The notes beneath the pieces are model-generated. The model ran no database searches, was not told the origin of the DNA, and saw only the letters and a program-made list of their open reading frames with translations. From an uncultured Chthonomonadaceae bacterium (GTDB lineage Bacteria > Armatimonadota > Chthonomonadetes > Chthonomonadales > Chthonomonadaceae): a DNA stretch of 64,000 nt. Within the stretch, counting starts at the first letter, position 1. Every line of letters begins with the position of its first letter. Position numbers and translations under genes: made by a program. The stretch spans positions 320,001 to 384,000 of the forward strand of contig CAWFQB010000002.1 of NCBI GenBank assembly GCA_963817895.1. Reading direction: 5' to 3'. Positions 8,571 through 18,698 of this stretch are shown in pieces.

Positions 8571-9419
8571 ATGGTGGAAGTGATTGATGCCAACGGGCAA
8601 CTGGTCATACGCATCGGGGGGCAGGAGTACGCCCGGTATGCGTATGGCTCGGCAGGCCAGCCTGTCTGGAAACCGTATTTATATCCGCTTCGCGCCGCCA
8701 ATGGCCTGTCGCTGCTGGCGGATGCCCCCACCGACCACCGCCATCATCACGGCTTCTGGGTCGGGTACGGGCGCGTGGAGGATACCGACTGCTGGCTGGA
8801 ACGCCACAATAGCGGCAAGATCGTGGCGCGAGGCTTTGACAGTATCGAAAGTGGGGGCGAAAACGGCAGTTTCACGCAGTCCTGTGACTGGATCGCGCCA
8901 ACCGGTGACTTGATTTTGCGGGACACGCGCCAGTTCACGTTTTACGACACGCCGGTTGAAGCCCGAATTTTCGACTTTGAACTGAACCTGCGCGTACCCG
9001 GCGAACAGAATGTCACCCTGCACCAGACCAATGAGGCCGGACTGCCCCACATCCGCGTGGCCGAGGGCCTGACGGTACGGACGGGCGGAACCCTGACAAA
9101 CGCATCCGGCAAGCGCAATGAGCGCGAAACCTACAAACAGCGTTCGCCCTGGCTCGACTGCTCCGGCAAACTGGGGCGGCTGGAGTGCGGCATCGCCGTC
9201 TTCGACCATCCCCGTAACCCGGATTATCCGACGCCCTGGTTCACCCGCGATTACGGCCCCTTTTCGCCCAATTTCCTGTTCTTCCGCGACGACCCCTGGA
9301 TACTCACGCCCGACAGCCCGCTGCGCCTGCGCTACCGGGTCTATACCCATACCGGCAACGTACACGAGGGACAGGTTGCCGAAGCGTGGGAGCAGTATCG
9401 GGCGGAAGCAGAGATTTAG
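8571..9419 (+). CDS. DUF6807/PmoA-like beta-sandwich family protein
   Basis: KPYLYPL, DHRHHHGFW and FDHPRNP..PTPWF.RDYG motifs. Confidence 0.8.
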   Translation: MVEVIDANGQLVIRIGGQEYARYAYGSAGQPVWKPYLYPLRAANGLSLLADAPTDHRHHHGFWVGYGRVEDTDCWLERHNSGKIVARGFDSIESGGENGSFTQSCDWIAPTGDLILRDTRQFTFYDTPVEARIFDFELNLRVPGEQNVTLHQTNEAGLPHIRVAEGLTVRTGGTLTNASGKRNERETYKQRSPWLDCSGKLGRLECGIAVFDHPRNPDYPTPWFTRDYGPFSPNFLFFRDDPWILTPDSPLRLRYRVYTHTGNVHEGQVAEAWEQYRAEAEI

Positions 9420-9485
9420 CCGCGAATGAACGCGAATACACGCGAATGAGAACAAGAGAAAGTTAAATGTTGTCAGAAGGGCGCT

Positions 9486-10083
9486 ATGGCTGATTTTGTT
9501 GAGGATGCGTTTGTTGTAAAATGGGTGAATCCATATTATATGAACATTCTGCACGGCAACTACATCTGTCTTGAGGAACCGGAACGAACGGATTTTCCTG
9601 TATGAGGTTAAGATCGCTCTGGATGAGATTACGGAAGATGTTGTTGCGCGGTTGCTTTCTGTTCGTAACTGGCGCGATAAACTGACGGGCAGTTGGTTTT
9701 GCGGACTGAAAAAGTGGGATCAGTTTGCGGAGCAAATCGGCGTAGAGTTTCTGGCAAGCAAAGCCTGTTACGCCGGACAGGGATACGCTTTCGCATTCGC
9801 CTGCTTTGCGGATGAGGTTAGCGTCCGTTACCTGACGGAGTATCTTGACCACTATCTGGCTTTGCCGGATTGCTATTACGATCAGGATTGGGCTATGACC
9901 GCGCTGATGTGGATTGATGCGCAACGCGCAACGTCCCATGCGCAAAAGTATCTTGTGTCGGGCGGATTGTGGGACAACTTCACGGTCAACAAAAAGTCGG
10001 GATGGGACTTGCAGGCGCAAAAAGATGAGTTCTGGCAAATGATGGCGTATTGCCAAACGCGCTTGCTCTCATCCGTAAAATGA
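9486..10083 (+). CDS. DUF6000 family protein (apparent frameshift near 9595)
   Basis: WRDKLTGSW...LLAS-like...YAGQGY...YLDHYL pattern; upstream frame MADFVEDAFVVKWVNPYYM joins after a 1-nt indel. Confidence 0.7.
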
Positions 10084-10122
10084 ACGCTCAACAGATGAGT
10101 ACCTGTCAAGGTAGTACAAGAG

Positions 10123-10224
10123 GTAGGGGCGCTGCTTGCTGCGCCCAAAATGGCAGATTGCTGCGCCCAAAATGGCAGATTGCTGCGCTTGGTATAAGGA
10201 GGGTTCCGCAAGCAGAACCCCTAC
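10123..10224. repeat. REP-like pair GTAGGGGCG...CCCCTAC enclosing a 22-bp tandem repeat
   Basis: TTGCTGCGCCCAAAATGGCAGA x2.4 at 10136-10188. Confidence 0.65.
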
Positions 10225-10290
10225 CAATGTACTGCGTTCTATCTTTGGCGGTGTATCAGGTTGCGCGTAACGGTTTGAAAGGCTGAAATA

Positions 10291-10620
10291 ATGGCGACAC
10301 TTCAGGAGATGCAAAAGCGAACGCCCTTCACGATATGGGAGGGCTATACGGACGCGGAAGCGATTGAAGACAGCCGCGCCGTGTATCGGGAAACCGTTCA
10401 ATCCCTCATTGAATTGGGGTGGGAACCGGATAAAGAGCGCGTTCTTGCCATTTTAGGACAGTACATCGCGGCGTTCAACGCGCTGGACGCCAAGTACGAC
10501 GGCTACATTGAAACCGGAGAGCGTGAGAATATCTGTGATACGGTCGAGGAAATGGCTACCGCCTGTGGGCTGCAAAACGTTCGTTGTGACGATGTGCCGG
10601 GGGAAGGGCGCGACTGGTAA
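10291..10620 (+). CDS. Small acidic hypothetical protein, immunity-protein-like
   Basis: FNALD...IETGERENIC...RDW C-terminal pattern. Confidence 0.55.
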   Translation: MATLQEMQKRTPFTIWEGYTDAEAIEDSRAVYRETVQSLIELGWEPDKERVLAILGQYIAAFNALDAKYDGYIETGERENICDTVEEMATACGLQNVRCDDVPGEGRDW

Positions 10621-10662
10621 GCGAACAAACGCCATCAAACCAATGTGAAGGAGAAAACGCGC

Positions 10663-11046
10663 ATGTTTCAGGGCTTGCGAACGGTTATTTACGCGGTAGA
10701 CGATCTGGAAAAAGCAAAAGATTGGTACAGCAGGCTGCTGAACCAACCGCCGTATTTCGATGAGCTGTTTTACGTTGGCTACAATGTCGGCGGCTACGAG
10801 TTAGGACTGATACCCGACGAGTCAGCAAATGACGCGGAAAAAGCAACCGGCGTCACTACCTATTGGGGCGTGGAAGATGCGGATGTAACGTATGCGAAAC
10901 TGCTGGTATTGGGCGCGACCCCGCATGAGGCCGTGCAGGACGTGGGCGGCGGAATTCGTACCGGCACTGTGAAAGACCCGTTCGGGAATGTCGTCGGCAT
11001 CATCTACAACCCGCATTTCGCCATTCCATCTCCCGTAGGGGCATGA
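10663..11046 (+). CDS. VOC/glyoxalase family protein
   Basis: VDDLEKAKDWY and DVGGGIRTGTVKDPFGN. Confidence 0.9.
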   Translation: MFQGLRTVIYAVDDLEKAKDWYSRLLNQPPYFDELFYVGYNVGGYELGLIPDESANDAEKATGVTTYWGVEDADVTYAKLLVLGATPHEAVQDVGGGIRTGTVKDPFGNVVGIIYNPHFAIPSPVGA

Positions 11047-11141
11047 TTTATCACGCCCGGATTGCATATATGCCCGCATTGACTTTGGTGTTCATATTGT
11101 GTTTCGTAATCATTTTTGGCGCAATTTATTGCGCCCCTACG
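11035..11141. repeat. REP-like inverted pair CGTAGGGGC...GCCCCTACG
   Basis: Seen directly. Confidence 0.6.
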
Positions 11142-11167
11142 GAAGAATTCGTTTTGGAGTGAAATGT

Positions 11168-11896
11168 ATGGCGAGTAATGAATGTGAAGCGATTAAGACG
11201 CTGGAAGAGGTGAGCGAGGCCGCGACGTTTGCGGGATTTGCGGACGAGGATTTTGACGTGTTTGGCGTACCAACCTTTACCGAGCGCATGGCAAGTCTGC
11301 GTCTGCATGTCAAGCCGAAACTGATACAGATGGGCCAACTGCTGTCTACGCGCCTGTCGGAAGTGGCAGGCGAACCGCTGTACCCGCATGTCGCGCAGCA
11401 TTTGCGGCGAACTGTCAACCCTCCCATACAAACGTGGGTGGCGTTCGCGCGGACGCCAAAGTCGTATAAGCCGGTCGTGCATCTACGAATTGCCATTGGC
11501 GCGGAGCAGGCGCAGTTGCTAACGTTTGTGGAGGATGACGCAGACGAAAAAGCCACGTTTGCCGCCAATCTGGAACGCAACGCCGAGGCTCTCGCCGCGC
11601 ATCTGGCGCATCATCCCACGATACACAGCTTTGATATGACGGATGAAAACGGCGCATTTCGCAGCGGCCACGAACTGGACGCGCAAACCCTGACCGATTT
11701 CGCCCGCCGCATGAACCGCGTCAAGGGACAACATGCCCGGTTCGGCATCCCCCTTGCGCGTACCCATCCCATTCTGCAAAACGGCCCGGAACTGCTGGAC
11801 GCGATAGTGGCCGATTTCTGCGCGTTAAAGCCGCTCTACGACTGCGGCAAACCCGATTTTCAGTTCACTTATACGCCCGAAATCGTTAAGATATAG
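11168..11896 (+). CDS. DUF1054 (YktB-like) family protein
   Basis: FDVF...RM...KPKL and HVAQHLRRTVNPP..TWVAF. Confidence 0.85.
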   Translation: MASNECEAIKTLEEVSEAATFAGFADEDFDVFGVPTFTERMASLRLHVKPKLIQMGQLLSTRLSEVAGEPLYPHVAQHLRRTVNPPIQTWVAFARTPKSYKPVVHLRIAIGAEQAQLLTFVEDDADEKATFAANLERNAEALAAHLAHHPTIHSFDMTDENGAFRSGHELDAQTLTDFARRMNRVKGQHARFGIPLARTHPILQNGPELLDAIVADFCALKPLYDCGKPDFQFTYTPEIVKI

Positions 11897-12008
11897 GTTG
11901 TTAGGTTGTTAGGTTGTTAGGTTGTTCAACCCAAACTAGAACGCAAAACGTTTCTTCCTGTAAGACCTAACAACTAACAACCTAACAACCTAACAACTAA
12001 CAACCTAC
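11895..12008. repeat. Inverted tandem repeat hairpin (AGGTTGTT)n ... (AACAACCT)n
   Basis: Seen directly. Confidence 0.85.
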
Positions 12009-12021
12009 CCCGGAGGTTTCT

Positions 12022-12501
12022 ATGAACGCGCAAGAATATATGGCGGAACAGGTCGAGAAGATGGGGCCGATACTGGCGCACTATGTGGCGACAACGGCCC
12101 CGGACAAACTCGACTGGCAGCCGAGCGTGGAGGGCAGCGCCCCGACCCGTTCCGTGTTGGAACAAATCGGGGAGTGTATCGCTGTCAATCGCTTCATGGC
12201 GGCAACGTTGCGCGGCGAGGACGTGAAGCCGCCCGCCGGGGGCTGGCAAGTCCCTGCATTTGCCGACTCGCAGGACGCGCAGCAGCAATTGATTGCCAGC
12301 GCGACGGAACTTGCGGACGCAATTCGCAACATGAATGACGACGACCTGAATCGCGCGTTTCAGATGCGGCGCGGCCCGACCATCGGCAAGAACCTGATGA
12401 TGATGGCGTACCGCAACATGGCCTATCACGGCGGCCAGATCAATCTTATTCAACTGCTGACGGGTGACGAAGAGTTTCACATGCCGCCGCAGTGGTACTG
12501 A
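12022..12501 (+). CDS. DinB/DUF664 family protein
   Basis: LDWQP, RSV and YHGGQI motifs. Confidence 0.8.
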   Translation: MNAQEYMAEQVEKMGPILAHYVATTAPDKLDWQPSVEGSAPTRSVLEQIGECIAVNRFMAATLRGEDVKPPAGGWQVPAFADSQDAQQQLIASATELADAIRNMNDDDLNRAFQMRRGPTIGKNLMMMAYRNMAYHGGQINLIQLLTGDEEFHMPPQWY

Positions 12502-12573
12502 AGTAGGGAGTAGGTGGTAGGGAGTAGGGAGTAGGCTGTCCACTACTCCCTACTCCCTACCACCTACTCCCTC
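12502..12573. repeat. Inverted heptamer repeat hairpin (GTAGGGA)n ... (TCCCTAC)n
   Basis: Seen directly. Confidence 0.85.
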
Positions 12574-12585
12574 TGAGGAGCGTAC

Positions 12586-13272
12586 ATGATTCGCGCTATT
12601 GTATTCGATTTTGACGGGCTGATAGTGGATACCGAGTCGCCGGACTACCATTCGTGGCGCGAGATTTACGAGGCGCATGGCGGCAGTCTGCCATTGGAAG
12701 TGTGGGGCGGCAATATCGGTCTTGGCGCGGCGGATGTGCGGTATTTGCCGTTCGATCAATTGCAGGCGCAGGTGACGCAGGAATTGAATCGTGAGGAAGT
12801 ACACGCGCAGCGTCGCAGGCGTTATCTGGAACTGGTAGACGCGCAGCCGATTCTGGCCGGCGTGGAAACGGTGATTGCGGACGCGAAGCGGCTGGGCTTG
12901 AAGTTGGCGGTCGCGTCAAGTTCGGATTGCGCGTGGGTGACGGGGCATCTTACCCGGATAGGCTTGATACGCCATTTTGAAGCGATTCGCTGCGCCGATG
13001 ATGTCGCCAACACCAAGCCGCACCCGGAATTATATCTCGCGGCGGTATCGGCGTTGGGCGTGAAACCTGAAGAAGCCGTTGCATTGGAAGACTCGTCGCA
13101 CGGCCTGACTTCGGCGAAAGCGGCGGGCCTGTACGCGGTCGCCATTCCCAACCCGATGACCCATCGCCTGCCGCTCGAACACGCCGACCTGCGCCTGAAC
13201 TCGCTGGCCGATATGCCGCTGGAAACGCTGTTAAAGACATTGGAAACCAACACTGTGAAGGATAAAGCATGA
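12586..13272 (+). CDS. HAD-IA hydrolase (beta-phosphoglucomutase-like)
   Basis: FDFDGLIVDTE, KPHPELY and EDS..G motifs. Confidence 0.92.
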   Translation: MIRAIVFDFDGLIVDTESPDYHSWREIYEAHGGSLPLEVWGGNIGLGAADVRYLPFDQLQAQVTQELNREEVHAQRRRRYLELVDAQPILAGVETVIADAKRLGLKLAVASSSDCAWVTGHLTRIGLIRHFEAIRCADDVANTKPHPELYLAAVSALGVKPEEAVALEDSSHGLTSAKAAGLYAVAIPNPMTHRLPLEHADLRLNSLADMPLETLLKTLETNTVKDKA

Positions 13273-14813
13273 CCGGGGAACCATTGGCATTGTCGCTGGA
13301 TGTGGGAACGTCTTCGACGCGGGTGTTGCTGTGGGATGCGCGGGGGCGTGAAGTGGAGGGCGTTCATGCGCAGGCGCAGTATCAGATGCGTACTACGGAG
13401 GATGGCGGCGTAGAAATGCCTGCCGAAGAGTTGCTGCATCATGTCGGCGAGTGCATGGATCAGGCATTGGCGCAAATCGGGGACAAAGCGGGCTTGATTC
13501 AATGCGTGGGCATGTCCGCGTTCTGGCACAGCGTTATCGGATTGGATGCGGACGACAAGCCGATTACGCCAATCTACAACTGGGCCGATCAGCGTTCGGC
13601 TGCCGTCGCGCAGCGTTTGCGGCGTGATCTGGACGCTCATGCCATACATCAGCGCACGGGCTGCGTTTTGCACTCCTCGTACTATCCCGCCAAACTGGTG
13701 TGGCTGCGGGAAACACAGCGCGAATTATACGACCGGGTGGCGCGGTGGGCGTCGCCAAGCGAGTATTTGTACGGCTGCTGGTTCGGAACGGAAGCGCAGC
13801 GCGTGTCGGTTTCGATGGCCTCGGGAACCGGGCTGTTCAATCAGCAGCAGTGCGATTGGGACGCGGAAACCCTGCGCGCGCTGGACATTCCCGTTGAGAA
13901 ACTCGCGCCGATTGTCAACCTGACCGAACAAACGCAGGGCTTGCAGGGCGAATGGGCCGGACGCTGGGCGGCATTGAAGGACGCGCCGTTTTTCCCGGCT
14001 GTGGGCGATGGGGCGTGTGGCAATGTGGGAAGCGGCTGCCTGACCCCGGCTCGCTTTGCCATCAATTTAGGCACATCCGGGGCCATTCGCGCCTTATGGC
14101 AGGAAGACTCCGCGCCCGTTGCTTCCGCCGATCCTCAGACGACAACGGTACACGCGCCGCAACTGGTGACGCCCTCGGGACTGTGGCGGTATCGGGTGGA
14201 TACGCGCCGCCCCTTGATGGGAACCGCGTTCAGCGATGGCGGCAACGTGTACCAGTGGCTGAGTTGGACCCTGAACCTGCCTGCCGCCGACGAACTGGAA
14301 AAGCAGATCGCGCCAATGGAACCGGGCGCGGCGGGAGTGACGTATCTGCCGTTTCTGGCGGGCGAACGCGGGTTGGGCTGGGACCCGGACGCCCGCGCTT
14401 CGCTTGTCGGCATGAATTGGGATACCAGCCCGGTTGAGATCGTCCGAGCCTGCATGGAGGGTGTAGGCTTGCGGTTCGCCCTTGCCGCGCAGCGATTGCG
14501 CGACGTGTTTCCGCAAAATGAGGCGATTATCGCGTCGGGCGGCGTGTTCAGCCACTCGCCGACATGGGCGCAGATTGTGGCGGACGCTATCGGGCAGCCG
14601 CTGACGCTTGCTCTGGAAGCGGAAGCCAGCAGCCGGGGCGCGGCTCTCCTCGCGTTAGAAGCGGCGGGCCTGATTTCCGCCGCCACAGAAGCGGAAGCGC
14701 GATTGGGCCAAACCTTCGCCCCGGACGCGACCCGCCACACCCGCTATCAGGAACTGCTTCTCACGCAGCAGAAACTCTACACGGAACTCATACAGCCAAA
14801 AGCAGGTGTTTAG
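13269..14813 (+). CDS. gntK: Gluconokinase, FGGY family
   Basis: LDVGTSS, WADQRS, GDGACGNVGSG, GTSGAIR and PFLAGER. Confidence 0.85.
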   Translation: MTGEPLALSLDVGTSSTRVLLWDARGREVEGVHAQAQYQMRTTEDGGVEMPAEELLHHVGECMDQALAQIGDKAGLIQCVGMSAFWHSVIGLDADDKPITPIYNWADQRSAAVAQRLRRDLDAHAIHQRTGCVLHSSYYPAKLVWLRETQRELYDRVARWASPSEYLYGCWFGTEAQRVSVSMASGTGLFNQQQCDWDAETLRALDIPVEKLAPIVNLTEQTQGLQGEWAGRWAALKDAPFFPAVGDGACGNVGSGCLTPARFAINLGTSGAIRALWQEDSAPVASADPQTTTVHAPQLVTPSGLWRYRVDTRRPLMGTAFSDGGNVYQWLSWTLNLPAADELEKQIAPMEPGAAGVTYLPFLAGERGLGWDPDARASLVGMNWDTSPVEIVRACMEGVGLRFALAAQRLRDVFPQNEAIIASGGVFSHSPTWAQIVADAIGQPLTLALEAEASSRGAALLALEAAGLISAATEAEARLGQTFAPDATRHTRYQELLLTQQKLYTELIQPKAGV

Positions 14814-15009
14814 GTTGTCTGGTTGTGTCCCCCGCAAACGCTAATCATCCCTTCAATTCCGTTCTCGTTGTCCTGCGTTTACAGCGAAAAAGAGGAATTG
14901 AAGGGACATTTTCCGCCTGCTGAAAATTTAATCTTATCTTAATATGTATAGGGTATTATAGAATTATCAGGCGACAAAACCGAACGGTGACTGCCGCCGG
15001 GGAGCCTGA

Positions 15010-16158
15010 ATGTCTACACGCTGGATTGAAATTGCCGATTTGCTGCGAACTCTCATTTACGAGGGCAAACTGTTGCCCGGTGAGCGGCTGGCCTCGGAAA
15101 CCGAACTTGCGGAACAATGGCAGGTCTGCCGCATGACCGCGCATCGCGTGATGGATGAACTCCAGCGCGAAGGCATGGTTGTTCGCAGGCGGCGGGCGGG
15201 AACGTTTGTGGCCCTGCGCGTTGCCGCCGAGGCTGAAAGTGGCAGCCGCGTGGCTCCAGCGCAGAATTCGGAAGCGGAGGCAGGCAGCCCTTCGATAGCG
15301 GGATCGGGAGCCATCGCGCTGCTGTTCTCTTATGGCAACAATCTGCCGCAGGCGGACTACATTCAGGGGATTCGTAGCGCTCTTCCCGATGAACGCCCCT
15401 TGCTCTACTGTGACACGGGCAACAACCCGGAGCGCGAAGCGCAACATCTTGCCCGCTTTGGCAACGACCTTTCGGGCGTGATCGCGTATCCGACCTGCGC
15501 GCCGGAAAACACGAGCCGCTTACTGGCATTGAGCGCGCGGGGCATTCCAATTGTGTGCGTAGACCGTTCGCCCGAAGGATGGGCAGGAACCGCAGTTGTC
15601 ACCGATAACTACGCTTCCACGCTGGACGCTTTGCGCAGCCTCACGGCGCGGGGACACCGGCGCATCGTGTTTATGGGCTACGAGGAGGAACAATTCGCTG
15701 TCAGTTCAACCCGCGAACGCCGCGAAGCCTTTATGCAAGCCTTACAGGAAGTGAGCGAAAACCCCGACCGTTGGCTGCTGCTGATGCCCCGCGCATTAGG
15801 ACACGATTTGCCGCAAATGGTAGATGTTGTTGCTGATTTGCTGCGGCCTCTATGTCAGGGGGCGGCTGCGCCGACAGCCCTGTTCTGCAAGGATGATTTC
15901 GTCCTTGCCGCCGTGCTGGAAGCGTGTGACCGGCTGTGCATTGCCATTCCCGATGACATGGAGATACTGAGTTTTAGCGATTACCCGCCCATGACCCTGC
16001 GCCATTCGCAAGCCGTGCATCGGCTGGTTCAGCAGTCGCAATTTATGGGCAAAATCGCGGCGGAACGACTGATTTCCGGTTCCATGCAAATGGAGCCTCC
16101 CGGTCAAATCATTCGCGTTCCCGCCCTGTTCCATTCGGCGCATATCATCAAGACGTAG
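15010..16158 (+). CDS. GntR-HTH + LacI-type sensor domain regulator (AraR-like)
   Basis: LASETELAEQWQVCRMT HTH; IPIVCVDR, VVTDN and PTALFC..D. Confidence 0.9.
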   Translation: MSTRWIEIADLLRTLIYEGKLLPGERLASETELAEQWQVCRMTAHRVMDELQREGMVVRRRRAGTFVALRVAAEAESGSRVAPAQNSEAEAGSPSIAGSGAIALLFSYGNNLPQADYIQGIRSALPDERPLLYCDTGNNPEREAQHLARFGNDLSGVIAYPTCAPENTSRLLALSARGIPIVCVDRSPEGWAGTAVVTDNYASTLDALRSLTARGHRRIVFMGYEEEQFAVSSTRERREAFMQALQEVSENPDRWLLLMPRALGHDLPQMVDVVADLLRPLCQGAAAPTALFCKDDFVLAAVLEACDRLCIAIPDDMEILSFSDYPPMTLRHSQAVHRLVQQSQFMGKIAAERLISGSMQMEPPGQIIRVPALFHSAHIIKT

Positions 16159-16182
16159 GTGTTTCTACAAAGGAGTACAACA

Positions 16183-16893
16183 ATGTCCTGCACAGAACGG
16201 CTGACCCATTCCGCCTTCACACTTATCGAATTGCTCGTAGTGATTGCCATCATCGCCATATTAGCCGCGATACTATTCCCGGTTTTTGCCCAGGCGCGCG
16301 AAAAAGCGCGTTCCGCGAGCTGCCAATCCAATCTCAAACAGATGGGTATCGCGGCCATGATGTACACGCAGGACAATGACGAAACCATGATGTGCTACGT
16401 CAACAGCACCAGCAACTACTGGCCCAATGCCATTGCGCCCTATGTCAAAGCCCGCCAGATCTGGTATTGTCCCGACTTTCCCCGCAATACGGGCGCTCCC
16501 TCCGCCAACAGCACCACGTATGGCGCGAACCCCAATGTCGTCAACAGCATCAATGGTACGCCGACGCCGCTTATTCTGGCGTCCTACAACCGTCCCTCGG
16601 AACTGCTCTGGATCGCGGATTCCGAAGACTCGACGCCGCTCAAAACACAGTACGGTTGCTCCGGGTTTCAGGCAGGATTTGTCAGCCTGTACGATCCGAA
16701 CGCGCAGGCCACCAAGACCACGACCTGCGCCAAATATCTGACCACAACAGGCGGCATAGACGCGCGGCACACCGGGGGCGCGAATCTGCTGTTCCTCGAT
16801 ACGCACGTCAAATGGTGGAAGCAAGGCCCTATCGTCAAATTGGAAACCGACGCTTCGCACCCGGTTGATGTGTGGGGACATTGGAGCCTGTAA
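16183..16893 (+). CDS. DUF1559 prepilin-type N-terminal cleavage/methylation protein with H-X9-DG-like C-terminus
   Basis: [50 protein letters not shown]. Confidence 0.93.
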   Translation: MSCTERLTHSAFTLIELLVVIAIIAILAAILFPVFAQAREKARSASCQSNLKQMGIAAMMYTQDNDETMMCYVNSTSNYWPNAIAPYVKARQIWYCPDFPRNTGAPSANSTTYGANPNVVNSINGTPTPLILASYNRPSELLWIADSEDSTPLKTQYGCSGFQAGFVSLYDPNAQATKTTTCAKYLTTTGGIDARHTGGANLLFLDTHVKWWKQGPIVKLETDASHPVDVWGHWSL

Positions 16894-16942
16894 CATGCTT
16901 TCAACTTCAGTATTCAGGTGTTCGGTGTTCGGGGGAAGCGCA

Positions 16943-17845
16943 ATGATGAAAGGGAGTAAGGGAGTGGGGACGACTCTGTTTATGCTGCTTGTCAGCGTGA
17001 TTTCCGCCGTTGCCCCTCCTGCCGTTGCGCAGGAGAAAGGGGCGCAGGAAAAGCCGATGCCGCGCAAAATGGTACGAATCGCTCTTGTTTCGGATTCCCA
17101 TACGACGCGGGGTACGGCGGAAGATCAGCCGCTTTATAAAGGCCATCTGGATCAGGTGATTGCGGATGTGAACAAGACGGGGGTGGATGTGGTGCTGATC
17201 GCGGGCGACCTGACGCAGGGCGGCAAGCCGGAAGAGCGGGAGGATTTCAAGGCGCAGATCAAAGGCTTTACCGCGCCTGTCCTGTTTGTTCCGGGCAACC
17301 ATGATGTGGGCGGCAAGCACGAGGCGGGCAAACCGGGCGGCGTCACCGCAAAGCGCGAGGAAACGTTTGAGCAGGCGTTCGGCCCCTCCTTCTGGACAAA
17401 CACGCGATACGGTATCCGCCTCATCGGCATCAACAGCCCGATTTTAGGCAGCGGTCTGCCCCGTGAAACCGAGCAATGGGCGTTTCTGGAAAAAGAACTC
17501 GCCCATCCGTCCGAACTCCCCACCCTGCTCGTAACCCACTACCCGCTTTACACCAAAACCCCGGACGAACCCGGCGGCGTGTACTGGAACATAGAGCCGG
17601 AACCGCGCAAACGGCTGCGAACCCTGCTTCAGCAGGCGCATGTCAAAGCCGTCCTGTCCGGCCATCTGCACTACCCGCTCATCCTGCATGACGAAGACCG
17701 CATTTATATCTCGACGGAACCCGTCTCGTTCGGCCTGCCACGCGGCAAACAGACGCAGGGCTGGACACTCGTTACCATCGCGCCCGACGGAACCGTGACA
17801 CCAGAACCGCACAACATAATTCCGCCTGTTCCCGCTATCCATTAA
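16943..17845 (+). CDS. Secreted calcineurin-like metallophosphoesterase
   Basis: Signal peptide; DSH, GD, GNHD, H and GHLH motifs. Confidence 0.9.
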   Translation: MMKGSKGVGTTLFMLLVSVISAVAPPAVAQEKGAQEKPMPRKMVRIALVSDSHTTRGTAEDQPLYKGHLDQVIADVNKTGVDVVLIAGDLTQGGKPEEREDFKAQIKGFTAPVLFVPGNHDVGGKHEAGKPGGVTAKREETFEQAFGPSFWTNTRYGIRLIGINSPILGSGLPRETEQWAFLEKELAHPSELPTLLVTHYPLYTKTPDEPGGVYWNIEPEPRKRLRTLLQQAHVKAVLSGHLHYPLILHDEDRIYISTEPVSFGLPRGKQTQGWTLVTIAPDGTVTPEPHNIIPPVPAIH

Positions 17846-17868
17846 GAGTTGTCACCCATGTTGATTAC

Positions 17869-18189
17869 TCAAGAGGAAGCGGGCCGACGCAGTTGCGTTT
17901 CCACTTTTTGCAGCAAGTCCTGCAAGGCTGGGGCGCGACAGGAATCTACAATCCGTACGGTATGAACGCGCCCGTTGTCCTCCACTGTCAGGGTATGTTT
18001 CTGCATATCCACCGCGCCTGCCGGAGTTGCGCCAACCAGTGGCGGCAACGCAAAAAAGCCCGACGCCGAAACCGTCTCAATAAGGTCATTGGCGACTTCC
18101 AGCGGCAAGGTGTCGGTATCAAGAGAGCGCGGGCGGGCCAGACCGGGAAAACAGGCCAAACCGCCGCTGACGGAATGTTGGATACGCAT
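17869..18189 (-). CDS. Emfourin-like protealysin (M4 peptidase) inhibitor
   Basis: MRI..SGG.A.FPGL...D..L....FF.LP......D...Y/H.LTVED..R.H.V pattern; GGAG RBS. Confidence 0.75.
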   Translation of the reverse strand: MRIQHSVSGGLACFPGLARPRSLDTDTLPLEVANDLIETVSASGFFALPPLVGATPAGAVDMQKHTLTVEDNGRVHTVRIVDSCRAPALQDLLQKVETQLRRPASS

Positions 18190-18479
18190 TATCAAGTCTC
18201 CTGCACTGGTAATTTCTGTCATGTATTTTTCTGCCTTAATTTGAAATTCATCATGTAACAAGCAAGAATCCCTAATAGTAAACCGAATAAACGCCACACA
18301 TCACCGTTCATTCAGGGAACGAGCCGCCACTGCGTATGCAGAAGAACCGAGGAGTAGTGTCCATGCGTAGCCAACATTACCAATGCGTTCTCATTAGTTA
18401 TCGACCTCTACGCCCCGCCTGCCGTGTTCCCGGCCTGAACGCCACAAGCCCCTCCGATGAGAAGGGCTTGCTGACGTCC

Positions 18480-18508
18480 TTGCGTACTCCTGCTTAGTCG
18501 TGTATAAT
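18480..18508 (+). promoter_or_regulatory. sigma70 promoter TTGCGT-N17-TATAAT with no downstream ORF
   Basis: Seen directly. Confidence 0.6.
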
Positions 18509-18698
18509 TGGGGTTAGGTGTTCCACATACGGGAGGCCGTATCCAATCGCCCCGTCATCATCGGTCAAGGTCAGCGTTGTACCTAAAACTGGAGATAAGA
18601 CTGGCCTTTTTGCCTGCCTGTCTGTACTGCCCGCCTGCCGTCCCCGCCTACGCTCCTAGCCTCGTGTCCTGCTCTGTGTAGCACCAAAATTTGTTAAA

